Assembly (NCBI GenBank): GCA_033442325.1
Contig: JAWQFM010000007.1
Span: 1,053,011 to 1,117,010 of the forward strand
DNA length: 64,000 nucleotides
Direction: 5' to 3'
From: Salpingoeca rosetta
Taxonomy: Eukaryota; Protista; Choanoflagellata
Each line of letters starts with the position of its first letter. Positions within the stretch are counted from its first letter, which is position 1. The notes under the pieces were generated by a model. It made no database searches. It saw only the letters and a program-made list of their open reading frames with translations, and was not told the DNA's origin. A program made the position numbers and the translations under genes. Of the stretch, positions 19,293 through 31,358 are shown in pieces.

Positions 19293-20130
19293 CAGGTTGC
19301 TCTCCATCTCCGAGATACGAACACACACACACACACACAGCGCGCGCCAGCTGCCTGCTTTGGTCGAACCTTGTGTTTGGTTGTCGACGCACTTCAGGCA
19401 CGTTTGCGGGCAAAGAGATGCGAATGGCTGCATGTTGCAATGCAGTGCGCGGCGGGTGCGCTCGCATGTCATCTGCTCCTGCGCCCCCAAGTCTGAGACG
19501 CCAGCTTGCCACACCTGTTCCACGGCCAAGTCTTGGTCCATGCACGCATTCTCATACCCTGCCATGCCGTACAACAGCGCAGACACACACACGCACATGC
19601 ACATACGCACACCCACACATGCGGTGAGCAACTTCAACCCGAGTATGCTCATCACCAACGCAGCAACGCACGTCTGGTTGACCATGGCGTGGCACGGGCT
19701 CTTCTTCGTCAAGCATCCTCCTGTGTCTGCTTACCGTAGCCTTGGCAGCTTTGCTGGCAGAGGAATGCCACGGCATTGGCGAATGCGCCGCACAGCCCCT
19801 GCTGAGCAGCCTCAGTGCATGTGCCCGTGGAAGGAAGGAGGGCAGCGAGTGCGTCGTCTTGATCAAGTGTGGCTGCTCAAACAAGGTGCACGTGTGATTA
19901 CGAGCGTGAGCAGAGAAGCAGGTGTGCTCAGGACCAAGCAAAGAACAACAACAAAGGCGCCAACAGCAGCAACCCTGACAACCGACGCACTCCACGACAG
20001 CAGGCACACCAGGGCGCACGACGGAACCCTCTGGGCGCTTCCACCCACCCGCTTCAAGCCACACCCTCTGCTCACCGCTGACGACGGTGGCTAGTAGGGT
20101 GGCCACGATCATTCCAAACACGACCCTCAT
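19044..20130 (-). CDS. Predicted secreted Cys-rich protein with an ShK-like module
   Basis: Signal-like MRVVFGMIVATLLATVVSG, a Cys cluster, an exon reading CMD...C...C...CPQTCLKC, and a last exon DEYGD...EPCPAF-stop. Middle junctions are uncertain. Confidence 0.55.
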
Positions 20131-20527
20131 CGCTGCTCGCGTGTGGTGTTGCTGTTGTTGGTGTTGTTGTTGTTCGAATAAGAAAGAGTCTGTGTGTTTA
20201 ATGCAAAACAGCAGATATCGGTCGGGTCATACGACAAGGCGAACAAGCTGTAAATCGTTGCCAGCGAGCTGCATTAATTGTTTACACATCACTTCCTTTC
20301 ACAGCCACACGCTCGACGCTGGATGTTGACGGTGGTGTGTGCTGCTGTCTTCTTCGATTACTGGTAGCCGAAAGGCAAACTACAATGCGCAACTAGCTCG
20401 CTAGGAAGCAGAGAGAAAGACCTGTTTGTAACGAAGTAACGAGTGGAATACACCAGGAATTGCCACGACAGCGTCCAACACACACACACACACACACACA
20501 CACCGCGCGTACAAGAAGGTAGACACA

Positions 20528-23500
20528 CTACGCATCTCCAACTGCAAGCATCATCTCGTCATGCAAGAGGCGTTCGAGGTGGGAGGCGGACAACAGGTGG
20601 TCGGAAGCAATGTGCACGAGCGTGCGCGATGCCAGCACTTGGCAATCAAGCAAGATATGATATTGTGGAGGAACAAAGATCAAGATCTGCAGTCGCGCCA
20701 GCTCGCCTTGCTTGTCTGACTTCCGTGCTACAACCATGAACCTGCATAAAACACGCACGACACGTGTCCCGCGCACAAGCAAAGCCGTCAACACAGCAAC
20801 AGGCAGGCAGGTGCCCTTGGTCACGGCTCGCAAACAAACAAACAAACGAGCAGCATCCAGGCAGGTGAACAGGCAAGACATAACACAGGCAAGACATAAC
20901 GCCGGCCAGATACTATAGGCAAGGTATCACGTGGACAGTAAAGTAGATTGCCACCAATATCTGCACGTACCGCTGAAAGTGCTTGCGAAGGAACGCCACG
21001 GCCTCTGCCGCGCTCATATCGAGAGACTTGCTCGACACGACACCAGAGGCATCTGCGTTCGCCCCAACGTGCCTCCACAGAGCACCAAACAGCACCTCCC
21101 TGTATGCGTTCACCTCGCCCTCCGGGCGCGCTGTCATCCCCTCGTCGCTGCCGGCGCGGCGGTACATCCAGCCCGACGGCAGCGATGGCTGGCACGAGCG
21201 CGCAGGCGCAATGTGGAGACAGGGGGTGGGTCGAACAAGAAGAGATGAGTGGGCGCGTGTGCGTGCATGTATGTATGTGCGTGCGTGTGCGTGCGTGTGC
21301 GTGTGCGTGCGTGTGTGTATGTGCGTGCGTGCGTGCATGCGTGCGTGCGTGCGTGTGCGTGCGTGTGTGTGTGTGTGTGTGTGTGTGCGTGCATGCGTGT
21401 GTATGTGCGTGAGCTTGCCAGCAAGTGGAGTAGTGGCAGAGTCGATGAAGCAAGCAACATCTGGCAAGCTGTGCAACGGGTGCGCCAAGTTGTTCGCTGC
21501 ACACCTGCTGGAGCAAATCAGTGAAGGCCACGTGGATATCGTCGACCTTGCTTCGCCACGACGCGCCGCTGTCGTCCGTGTACGTCACTGTCGCATGCAA
21601 ATCAGCGGGACGCGGCTGCAACCACAAACAAGACGACCACGTGAAACGAGCAATGTGAATTTCCACCCCGAAGCAACACACACACACACACATACACACA
21701 CACGCACGCACACACACACACGCACACGCACGCACACTGGATTCACATGGGGGATGTGTGGGTACACAGCACCTCGACAGGATGGCACGGCAGCTCAAAG
21801 TCCCAAAACGTGCGCACTCCCGATCCAACAGCAGCGCTGAGAGAAATGGAGCACCACCAACAACATTGAGTGTGAATGAAGAACGCTGCTTGCTGAAGAG
21901 TGCCCAAGATGGGACACGAGCCTGACGTGCAGGTGCGTGTGGCGCCGCTTCCCACAAACGCAGACGCGCACTCAGGTACACGAGCGAGCGAGCGTACGAG
22001 TGTGTGTGTGTGTGCGTGCGTGTGTGCTGAACCTCACCCGTCCCGCATGTCATCCGCGTCATCTCCTGTCGACATGGACGAGCGCTGAAACAGCCGCAGA
22101 CACGGGATGTACACTGGCTCCGTCTCCCGGAAATGACCACTGTACGCGCACGTGCATATCGTGAGAGAGAGCGTGTGTGTGTGTGTGTGCGTTCAACAAT
22201 ACGTCGATGGTGGCTTGAATGCAAATGGGGTGGCATGTGATTGTGGTGGGGAGGGAAGCAAGCGGACACAAACATACGCGTCATCGTGGAGGTTGAGTTG
22301 GATGGCAAACACTTTTTCGGGACACCGGACAATCTTGGCCACGCCTGCCGCAACCTACGTGCACAGTACATGTACATCAATTGAGCTCAGACACTGGTGA
22401 CACGAAGTATAATCGCACGATCACACACACACACACACGTGCGAGCAAGCTGGACGCAAGACACATGCAAACATTTGCAGGCTTCCCGCAGAGCGCAAGC
22501 TTACTTCCCAACCTCATAAGAGAGACGGCACGGCAAACGCACGCTCGCCTGCAGAGCGGGTGAAATCATCGCACAAAATCATACATTTAGTACAGGTGAT
22601 GCACGCGAATCACTCACAAACAAACAAAACCAAACTAACGAGTACACAAACACAAGCACACACACACATCTGCACCATCTCTTCATCCATCCACGTCCAC
22701 AGTAGGTCCATCTCCACGACCACACTCACCTGCGCCATGTTGGCCTGCACGTGTTTGGCGTACGCCTTCAGGACGCCATCTGCATCGAGGGTGCCCCGTA
22801 GCGACACGTCGACATCGACCGGCGGAAGCTCAAGCGGTTCGTCTACGGGGTCGTTGCTGCTGCTCGCCGTCATCACCCGCTCCAGACTCGTCAGACTCGG
22901 CTTGCGCACATGCATCCGGTACTTGGCTGTGCATATATGCATGTGCATGTGTGTGTGCATGTGCGTGTGTACGTGTACGCGTGCATGTGTGCGTGACAAA
23001 CAAGAAAGAGAGAAGAGAAGAGAAGAGAAGAGAGAGAGAGTGTGTGTGTGTGTGTGCGTGCGTGCGTGTATGAGGGGCTGAAGCAGCAAGCTGAACAGCA
23101 CAACCACCGGCATGGTACTGAACCACAATCAGGAAGACTCACTGTCTCGCTTGCGGACTTGCTTTGGCTTGATTCTGTCCCCGCCCCCAAACGCATCACA
23201 AAACAGCAGGAGGCACGGTGAGCGCGGAAGATGCAACCTTCATTCAAAAAAAAAAAAAAAAACACATGCGCCATCCATGCAAGACTTCACATGCACACGT
23301 GCACATGCATGGGTGACCCATGAGGAACCTCTTGAGAATGAGGAGCTGGTGCGTTGCCTTGAAGATTCCCTCGTGATCGCGCCGTGTCCGATCAACGTCG
23401 TCAGCAGGAAGAAACGCCTACAGCGCACATACACGCATGCACACACACATGAGCTCACACACTCACACACAGATGTTGGTGATGTTGACATGGGTGCAGC

Positions 23501-23708
23501 ATATACACGCTGCCAACAAGCTTGAGTTTGCACGCGTGCACCTGAATGCGGCCCTGTTCGAGGTCGTCCAGTGATGTCTCCAGCACAGACTCCAAACGCG
23601 CGCCAGACACCTTCACCAGCAGCATGTACAGCAGGCGAGCTGATACAAAGATGCCAGAGAAGTAAGAGAAGCCAGGATGGAAGCGAGGATGAGGGTGAGG
23701 AATACGAA

Positions 23709-23739
<31 letters not shown>

Positions 23740-23758
23740 CACACACACACACACACAC

Positions 23759-23789
<31 letters not shown>

Positions 23790-24623
23790 CACACACACAC
23801 ACAAATCGAGCGACGGCCATATGCACGCCACAGACCCAGATCCTGGATGTCGATGTTGCGGTAGGACTGCCAGATTGTGGTAAGAACATCTCCCAGCGGC
23901 AGAAGCGTGCTGGCCTGCGCGATAATTTGAAGCGTGGAACAGGCAAGCGTGCGTGGAAACAGGATGAATAAGCACGCGGTCATTGTGCGGGGTAGATGAC
24001 GAAGGAGAAACATTGAATACACATGCCCCCCCCCCACACACACACGGACAGACAGACAGACACACACACACACACACGGACAGACAGACAGACACACACA
24101 CACACACACACGGACAGACAGACAAGACAGACAGAAGACACCCTACCTCGGTGACGTTGCGCTGCATGATGCATCGACAAATTTGCAACAGTCTATTGCC
24201 GCGATTCCACTCGCCCTGAGGTTTGAAGCAACGAAGGGGCACAATCAAGAACAAGGAAGAGGCAGGGTGAGTCATCGTTTCCACGACGCAACATATGTCG
24301 CATACACACGCAAAGGTGCTGGCAATCCCCCGCAAGCAACAGGACATACACATAACACACGTACGCGGCGACAAATTGCTGTGGATGTGAGGATCTCCTT
24401 GAGCTTCAGCAGAAACGTTGCGGGGGCAATGCCTTCAACCTGCGCCAACCTGTCGGTGCGCCCACACACACATGTGATGTGAGCGCAAGCGTTCGTGCGG
24501 ATGCAGTGCAGGCCAGGCGGCGACTCAGGACTGCACCTGAGGACGAGGACGAGGTAGTCGTCAATGTGCTGCATCAACGTCTGTGCTTCTGTCGCCACAA
24601 ATCGGTCCTGTCACAGCGCATGT

Positions 24624-24681
<58 letters not shown>

Positions 24682-27356
24682 ACACACGTACACAGAGGTG
24701 CCCACAGGTGCATGGTAAGAACTGGGCGATGCCATGACGACATGTGGTGTGAAGCCAACTCACGCACCAGTACGCATTCATTGCGCACCTGAAGTTTGCG
24801 GAGAATGGCCGTAGCGAGCGTGGTGTCACCAAGCGTTTCGCTCACAGCGGTCACAGTGTTGACAAGCAGCGGGAGGAACGCAGGCTGCGATGCAACGAGG
24901 CGAAGCAAATAGTCCGACACATCCTGAACACGGCAAGCGCGCATGTGGCGACGCACTCGTAAGTGTCGGTGTGCACAACTCGCGCCAGGTGGGGGGAGGG
25001 GCTTGTGGCATGTCTAAACTCAAGTGTGTTGAACAGGAACACGAAGAGGAAGAAGAAGAACAGCACATGGACCCCAACATGACAGCACACAAACAAACAC
25101 AAGCAGCGTGTGGCACCTGGGTGACCGGTGGCGGTGCGTGGACGAGGATGCGGTACACGGTGGCAAAGAACGCGCGTGCGCCCGCAGATATGCCCAAGCT
25201 GCAAAATGGATCGAGGGCACGACAGGGCACGACACACTTGACGTCAGATGTCAACGCAGCAGGAAGTCAGCGCAAGCAGATACGAAGTATATGCCGGCAC
25301 ACAGACAGACAGGCAGACAGACACATCGACAAACACACACGCAAAACCACGTCCGCATAAGCATGTGTATTCGAGTGAGACCTGTCTGCAAACATGTATG
25401 TTTGAAAGCAGTCCAGGGCACTGCGGAGAATGCCAAGGCAGTGATCGGGAGACATGGTGGATAGCGCACCCATGTCTGGGAGCACCTGTCGTGGTGGTCA
25501 GTTGGATGGTTGATTGGTTTTGGAAAGAGAGGCAATGTAAGCTGAGACAAGAACACACATGTACAAAGGCATACACGGACAAACATACACACACAGACAT
25601 ACGCACATACACACAGACAGACATACGCACACAGACGTCGGTGCAAAGCGATACCTCCAAACGAAGAGACGTATCTGTGATTGTACTTCTCGAGTCCGAA
25701 TGCTCGGATCGCCTGTCGGAATCAATCCGCGCCATCGCCTGAAGGCCAACAACACTCGCAAGCATGTCCACCTGCCGCGTCCACATCTGTCAGCACACAC
25801 GCACACACGCACACACATGCACCGCGGTGACGATGAAGAAAAGTCGTCATGAATACATCTGCCGACGCGCACACGCACACGCACACACGCACATACCTAC
25901 AGCCTTGCACATCATCATGGAAATACATGCACAAGCAAATGACAAAGCGGTGCGAGTGTCGTGTGTGTGTGTGTGTGTGTGTGCCGCAATGGACAAGTAC
26001 AGCACCTCTATTGATTCAAATTCACGCGGGAAAAAGTCTTCAATTGTCTTGTGCTTCCCTGGTTGGTTATGATGTTGCACCGCACGCCACAGTCAGTACA
26101 CGTAAGCACTGTAGCACACCCGTTTCTTCTCAACGCCAAGCATATTGTGCTGGCGGATGAGTGGGCCCTCAGCCTTTGCGCAACCTTCAAAGCGAGAGTG
26201 AGTGCACGCATGGTAACGCCAAAGGGTGCAAACAGCCGAGCGCTTACCGAGCAGCATGCGGTTACAGAAGCAGAGCGTGAACAGCAGTTGGCGTCGCCAC
26301 TGCAACCACACACATGTACAAACAACGTACACATGCACATTGGGTGTTCGTGAGCACGACTCCGAGGTCATCCAAACCATAACCCACACAGACAGTTGTA
26401 CCCACAACTACATCACACACACACACACACACAAGCTGCCACACGCAACAACAGCAAGACTGCCCTACGACAACCTCAGATTGCATAAAAACACAGGGCA
26501 CACGTTTGTACACAATTCCTCTCCTGCTCCTTCTAGTACCTTGGGGACCTGCGGGTCCAGGATAAGATCAAGGAGACGCACACGCACGGACACAATTTCC
26601 TTTGTGCGCAGCAGGCGGCGTTGCTGGAATATGGACAGCAGCATCAGCAACGCGTGGATGTCACAGTGGTCCACGCTCAGCTCCAGGCGTTTAGCGGTCA
26701 CGTGAAACACCTGGTTGGACAGGTTCGTTTGGGACAGCAGGGTTGCGAGCGCGTGCAGCGTGTGCGCCATGCTGGGCGCGGTGGCGTTTGAGGCCGCCGT
26801 TGACAGGAACGAGACGCAGCGCTGAATGGCGTCCTCGCCAGCTTGCTTGGACTGGTAGTGAGAAACACAACGACACGAGCAAAATATGTACAGACATGTG
26901 AGAGAAGCAATAAGGACCGTTTCTGGCAACAGAACCAAGTCAAGCTCACAGATAGGTGCGGGCACAAACAGCTCGACACACACACACACATACACACACA
27001 CACACCTCAACAGGCTGCGCGGCTGCCAGAATCCCGGGCGGGCCGACGATGGCGCTCTCTGGGACAACAGTCGAGGCAGCGGATGATGATACAGCAGCAG
27101 CACTGACAGTGGTGGCTGCAGAGGTGGACGGTTTTGCTGCACCGCGACGCTGGGGTGTGTTTGGAGCAGAGCGGCGGGTGTCGTGTGCATGCCGCGATGA
27201 TGGCGGCGGTGGCGATGGGCGTGCAAGGAAGGAGGACAGTGGTAGCGGCCCATCCAGCACTTCGGGCGGGAAGAAGAACGGCTGGCAACATGTGCAGAGG
27301 CAGCGTTGGGGGGGGGGGGTGGGTGGTTTGCGTGAGAGCCTATCATCCGTGCGCTG

Positions 27357-27436
<80 letters not shown>

Positions 27437-28079
27437 CCTCAAGCAGCCAAAGTGTAAAACCACGACCACCACGCACCGTGAGTGCTTCGTCGTCAACAGA
27501 GAGGAGCGACTGGAAGTTGAGGCGGTGCGAGGCCACAAGCTCCGGTGGCACCCTGCTGAGGATGTCCGCTCGCCACTTGTGCGTGCTTTGGATGCGGAGA
27601 ACCGCACACGCATTGCGCATGACAACAGCAAGCAGCTGCGCGTACGCCTGCGCCGTGATGGTGGTTTGCGTCTGTTCGCGCGACATCATTGTGTGTGTGT
27701 GCGTGTGTGTGTGTGTGTGTATGTGAGTGAGTGAGGATAAGCCACAAGGACAAGCATGTGAGTGCGTGGGGGAGTGACACGGAACAATGTGAGCCGGCCT
27801 CGGGCATGTGCCATCAAGGAACGTGTAACACCTGTGCCAACTGGTAGATGTGGCCAAGCTTATGGCTGAGGAGGCCGGGCATGGCAAGCTCAAGGTCAAT
27901 GAGGCAGTGGCAGACGATGCGCCGCAGCAGTGCCGTCTCCACGACATCGTCGCCAGCCAACACCGACAGCATGTTGAAGTTGATGAAGCTGCAGTGGCCA
28001 TGTGCACATCAGCAACAAGGACATGAGTGTCAAACAACATGCTAAAGGCACAGCTTTGCACCACCACAAGCCCATCAGT

Positions 28080-28119
<40 letters not shown>

Positions 28120-28558
28120 CACGCCCATCAGAACACACACACGCACAGAGCAAACTCATCCGCACACATGCACACATGCACACACACACACACACACCTC
28201 TGAAAGCCCTTCTCAGTGTAATCATGAACGAGGATGAGCGTTGTGATGGTGGAGATGAGCTTGGCCTTGAACTTCATGCGATCCGACATCATGGTCGTGC
28301 ACTGCGTTGGGTGACACGAGCGCACAAAGCGAGCCGGCGTGAGTCCCTGCACCGTGAGGCAATCTCAATCATTGACACAACGGCAGGCGCGCGTACATAC
28401 ACACACACACACACACCTACCTACCTTTGATATGAGATGGGCGATGGTCTCGCTTGGATCCTCTGGAGGCGCAAGCAGCACGTCGCTCCATTCTGCCAAT
28501 AACTGCAGCACCTGCGCATGAATGCTATCAGACCGAGTCTGGTCGTCCAAACTCTGCG

Positions 28559-28627
<69 letters not shown>

Positions 28628-29258
28628 GCGTAGTGGGGTGCAAGCAGCGTTAGTGGCGAGGTTGGCACGAGCAAGGAGAGCAACCATGGTGAGTGCAAAC
28701 ATGGCGCCCACACCGCGCACGACAAACACTGGCAGGTGCTTGCAGCAACCTACCTCCAGCAAAGCTGCGACAAACTCGGACCGGTCCACTCGTCGCGATG
28801 CCAGGTGCCTGAAGTGTGCAGTGCATGGCGTTGTAAGTTGTAAGACCAACGCAAGTAACACAAAAGGCAATGCGGTGGCAGCCACACAGACAGTCGAGGT
28901 GACAGTTTCACACAGACACAGACACAGACACAGACACAGGCACAGACACACACAGACACACAGACACACACACAGGCACACACACACATACACACACACA
29001 CACACAGGCAGACACACACACACAGACACGCACACACACACACAGACACCGACACACACACACACACACACACACACAGCGCATCACTGACTTGAGGATG
29101 TTGCCTTTCTGTGCATGTTGGAGGAGGGTGAACCATGGACTGCCAACACTGGCCGCGCCTGGCCTGGGCGCCCCACTCTCGGCGTTCCATGTCTGGGGTT
29201 GCTCCACCCCTTCAACCACGGCAAGGTCAAGCAGTGCCCTCGCCAGCCCCGATGGCAT
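20528..29258 (-). CDS. AP5B1: AP-5 adaptor complex subunit beta-1, many exons
   Basis: Exon [32 protein letters not shown]...QAYAQLL resembles AP5B1 ACECLRELE..PGLL. The terminal exon [11 protein letters not shown] resembles the AP5B1 C-terminal FLPP.HLL. Confidence 0.78.
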
Positions 29259-29698
29259 TGTTGCCTCTGCTCTGGTGTGGTTGCACGGTGAGAATTGTGT
29301 TTGTGTTTGCACGATCCCTTTTGCTTCTTTGCTTCTTCTTGTCGTCTTCTCTCTTGTTGCCACTTTCTCCACAACTTCGCGTTTCGTTCATGTCAGTTCA
29401 ATGGAGTGCAACCACCATGAAACACACAGACACACGCACACACACACATGCATTGGACCTCATGCAAGTCGCACGGACGGGGGATGATGGGTGGATGGGA
29501 CTGCTGCTCCTGCAGCTGTTGCTGCCGGCACGAACAACAGCGACAACAACAAGAAAGAGCAGTCCACTCACGAGCCGAACAAGCAAAAGAAGCACATGAC
29601 TGCGAGTGTGGTGGTGTATGTGTGGCCCAACCGCAAGAAGCGAGTTGAAGAAGAGTGGTGCACGCCCCACCAAAGCGGGAGAAGCGGGCTCAGCGGCT

Positions 29699-31159
29699 TT
29701 ACTTGACGTGGCGCTTGAGCTTGCCCATGAAGGCGCGCTTCTCGGCCTTGGTCTGGAAGCGACCGTGGCCAAACTTGGAGGAGGTGTCGATGAACTTGAG
29801 CGTGATCTTCTCCTGACCGCGGCGGCTCGTGTCCGGGATGACGGCCTTGCGCAGGGTGAGGGCGCGCTTCTTCACACCGACGGTGGAGCCCTTGACGATG
29901 AGGAAGTCCTGCTTGACGATACCGTAGCGGGGGAAGCCACCCATCGGGGTGATGCACTTCTTGGTGGGGTCAGCGGCGACGGTGGCGTTGTCCGTGACGT
30001 AGCGGCCCTTGTCGTCCTTGTGGTAGCCCTTGCCGACCATGTAGATCTTCTTGTTCATCTCCGTGCGGTGGTGGTAGCCGTTCTGACCGGCGCGAGCAAC
30101 GGAGTACTGCACGTTGGCAGGGTGCCAGGCGCCAATGCAGGCAACCTTGCGCAGACCCTTGTGGGTCTTGCGGGGAAGGCGCTTGGTGCCCCAACGGTGG
30201 GTCACACCCTCAAAGCCGCGACCCTTGCTGGCGCCGAGGACGTCGATGTTCTCGTCCTGGACAAACACGGTGCCGACGGGGATGTCCTGCTCGAGGAGGC
30301 CCTTGGCAAAGGCGACCTTCTCCGCGGGGGTGCCGCCGTTGACCTGGATCTCCATGATGTGGGCCTTCTTCTGGCGCAGGTTGAGCACGTCAATCTTGGT
30401 GTGGGCAATGACGCGGATGACGGTGCAGTACTTGGCCAGGCGGCGCAGCTGGTCCTCAAAGTTCTTCTTGCCCTCCTCGGTCTTGAGGCGCGCAAAGTAC
30501 TTGGAGAACTGCTTCTTCTTGCTCTTGACGTAGTTCTTGTAGAAGCGGCGCATGCACGTCTCGGACATGTTGCCGGCGAAGACGGTGGTGAGCTGGCGCA
30601 GGCCGCGCGGGGTCTCGACGTAGCCGACGATGCCGACGCCGACCATGGGCGGGGTCTCGACAACGGTCACGGCCTCGACGACCTCCTTCTTGTGCGCCTT
30701 GGAGCCTGTGCGGTCCATCTCACGCACAATGTGGGTCATGCCGGCCTTGTAGCCGATGAAGGCCGTCAGGTGGGGCTTGTCCTCCTTGTTGTCGCGCGGG
30801 AAGGAGCGGACGCGGCCGCGATGATGCTTCGTGCGCTTCTTCGGCAGGAAGCCGAGAGAACCGTGGCGGGGCGCGCGGAACTTGCGGTGGGACCTGTGGC
30901 AGTGTGTTTGAGTGAGTCGTAGTTGTGTGTGGCAGTGTGTGTGTGAGTGCATGTGAGAGTGTTGTGTGTGTGTGTGTGAGTATGTTGTGTACGTGTGCAT
31001 GTGTATGTGTGTGTGCATGTGGCGCTGTTCAAACGCAAACAAAAGCTGCACACTGCCCTCCCCCCAATGAACGCCATCAGCGCATGCAAGCATCCACCCA
31101 CGCTCCTGCCATCCACAAGCCCACGCCCGCACACGCACTGCCGCTCAGCTCACTCACAT
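29699..31159 (-). CDS. RPL3: 60S ribosomal protein L3 (uL3); exon 1 supplies AT (31159-31158), exon 2 is 30893-29699
   Basis: [36 protein letters not shown] and [12 protein letters not shown]. The intron GTGAGT...CACAG (31157-30894) restores ATG TCC CAC. Confidence 0.98.
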
Positions 31160-31187
31160 GGTTGGTGGGTTGAAGGGGTTGGTGGGC

Positions 31188-31203
31188 ACAAAAGGGAAAA
31201 GGC
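31188..31203 (-). promoter_or_regulatory. TCT/5'TOP-like pyrimidine tract (CCTTTTCCCTTTT) at the probable RPL3 transcription start
   Basis: Lies about 30-45 nt upstream of the start codon of a ribosomal protein gene. Confidence 0.6.
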
Positions 31204-31358
31204 ACAAACGCATGTGCCAATGGAATTTTATACAAATCTTCAGTAGATAACCGTTTATGCAGTGATATCGCGAACCATCGCCCGCCAACGACTTGTGCTG
31301 CCCCCACTCCTCCACTCACCATCCCTCTCTGTCCTTTTCTCCATGTTATCATACAGCT

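Noticed and set aside
29606-30922. 438-aa ORF antisense to RPL3
   Set aside because: It is the shadow frame expected from strong C/G-ending codon bias in a highly expressed gene.
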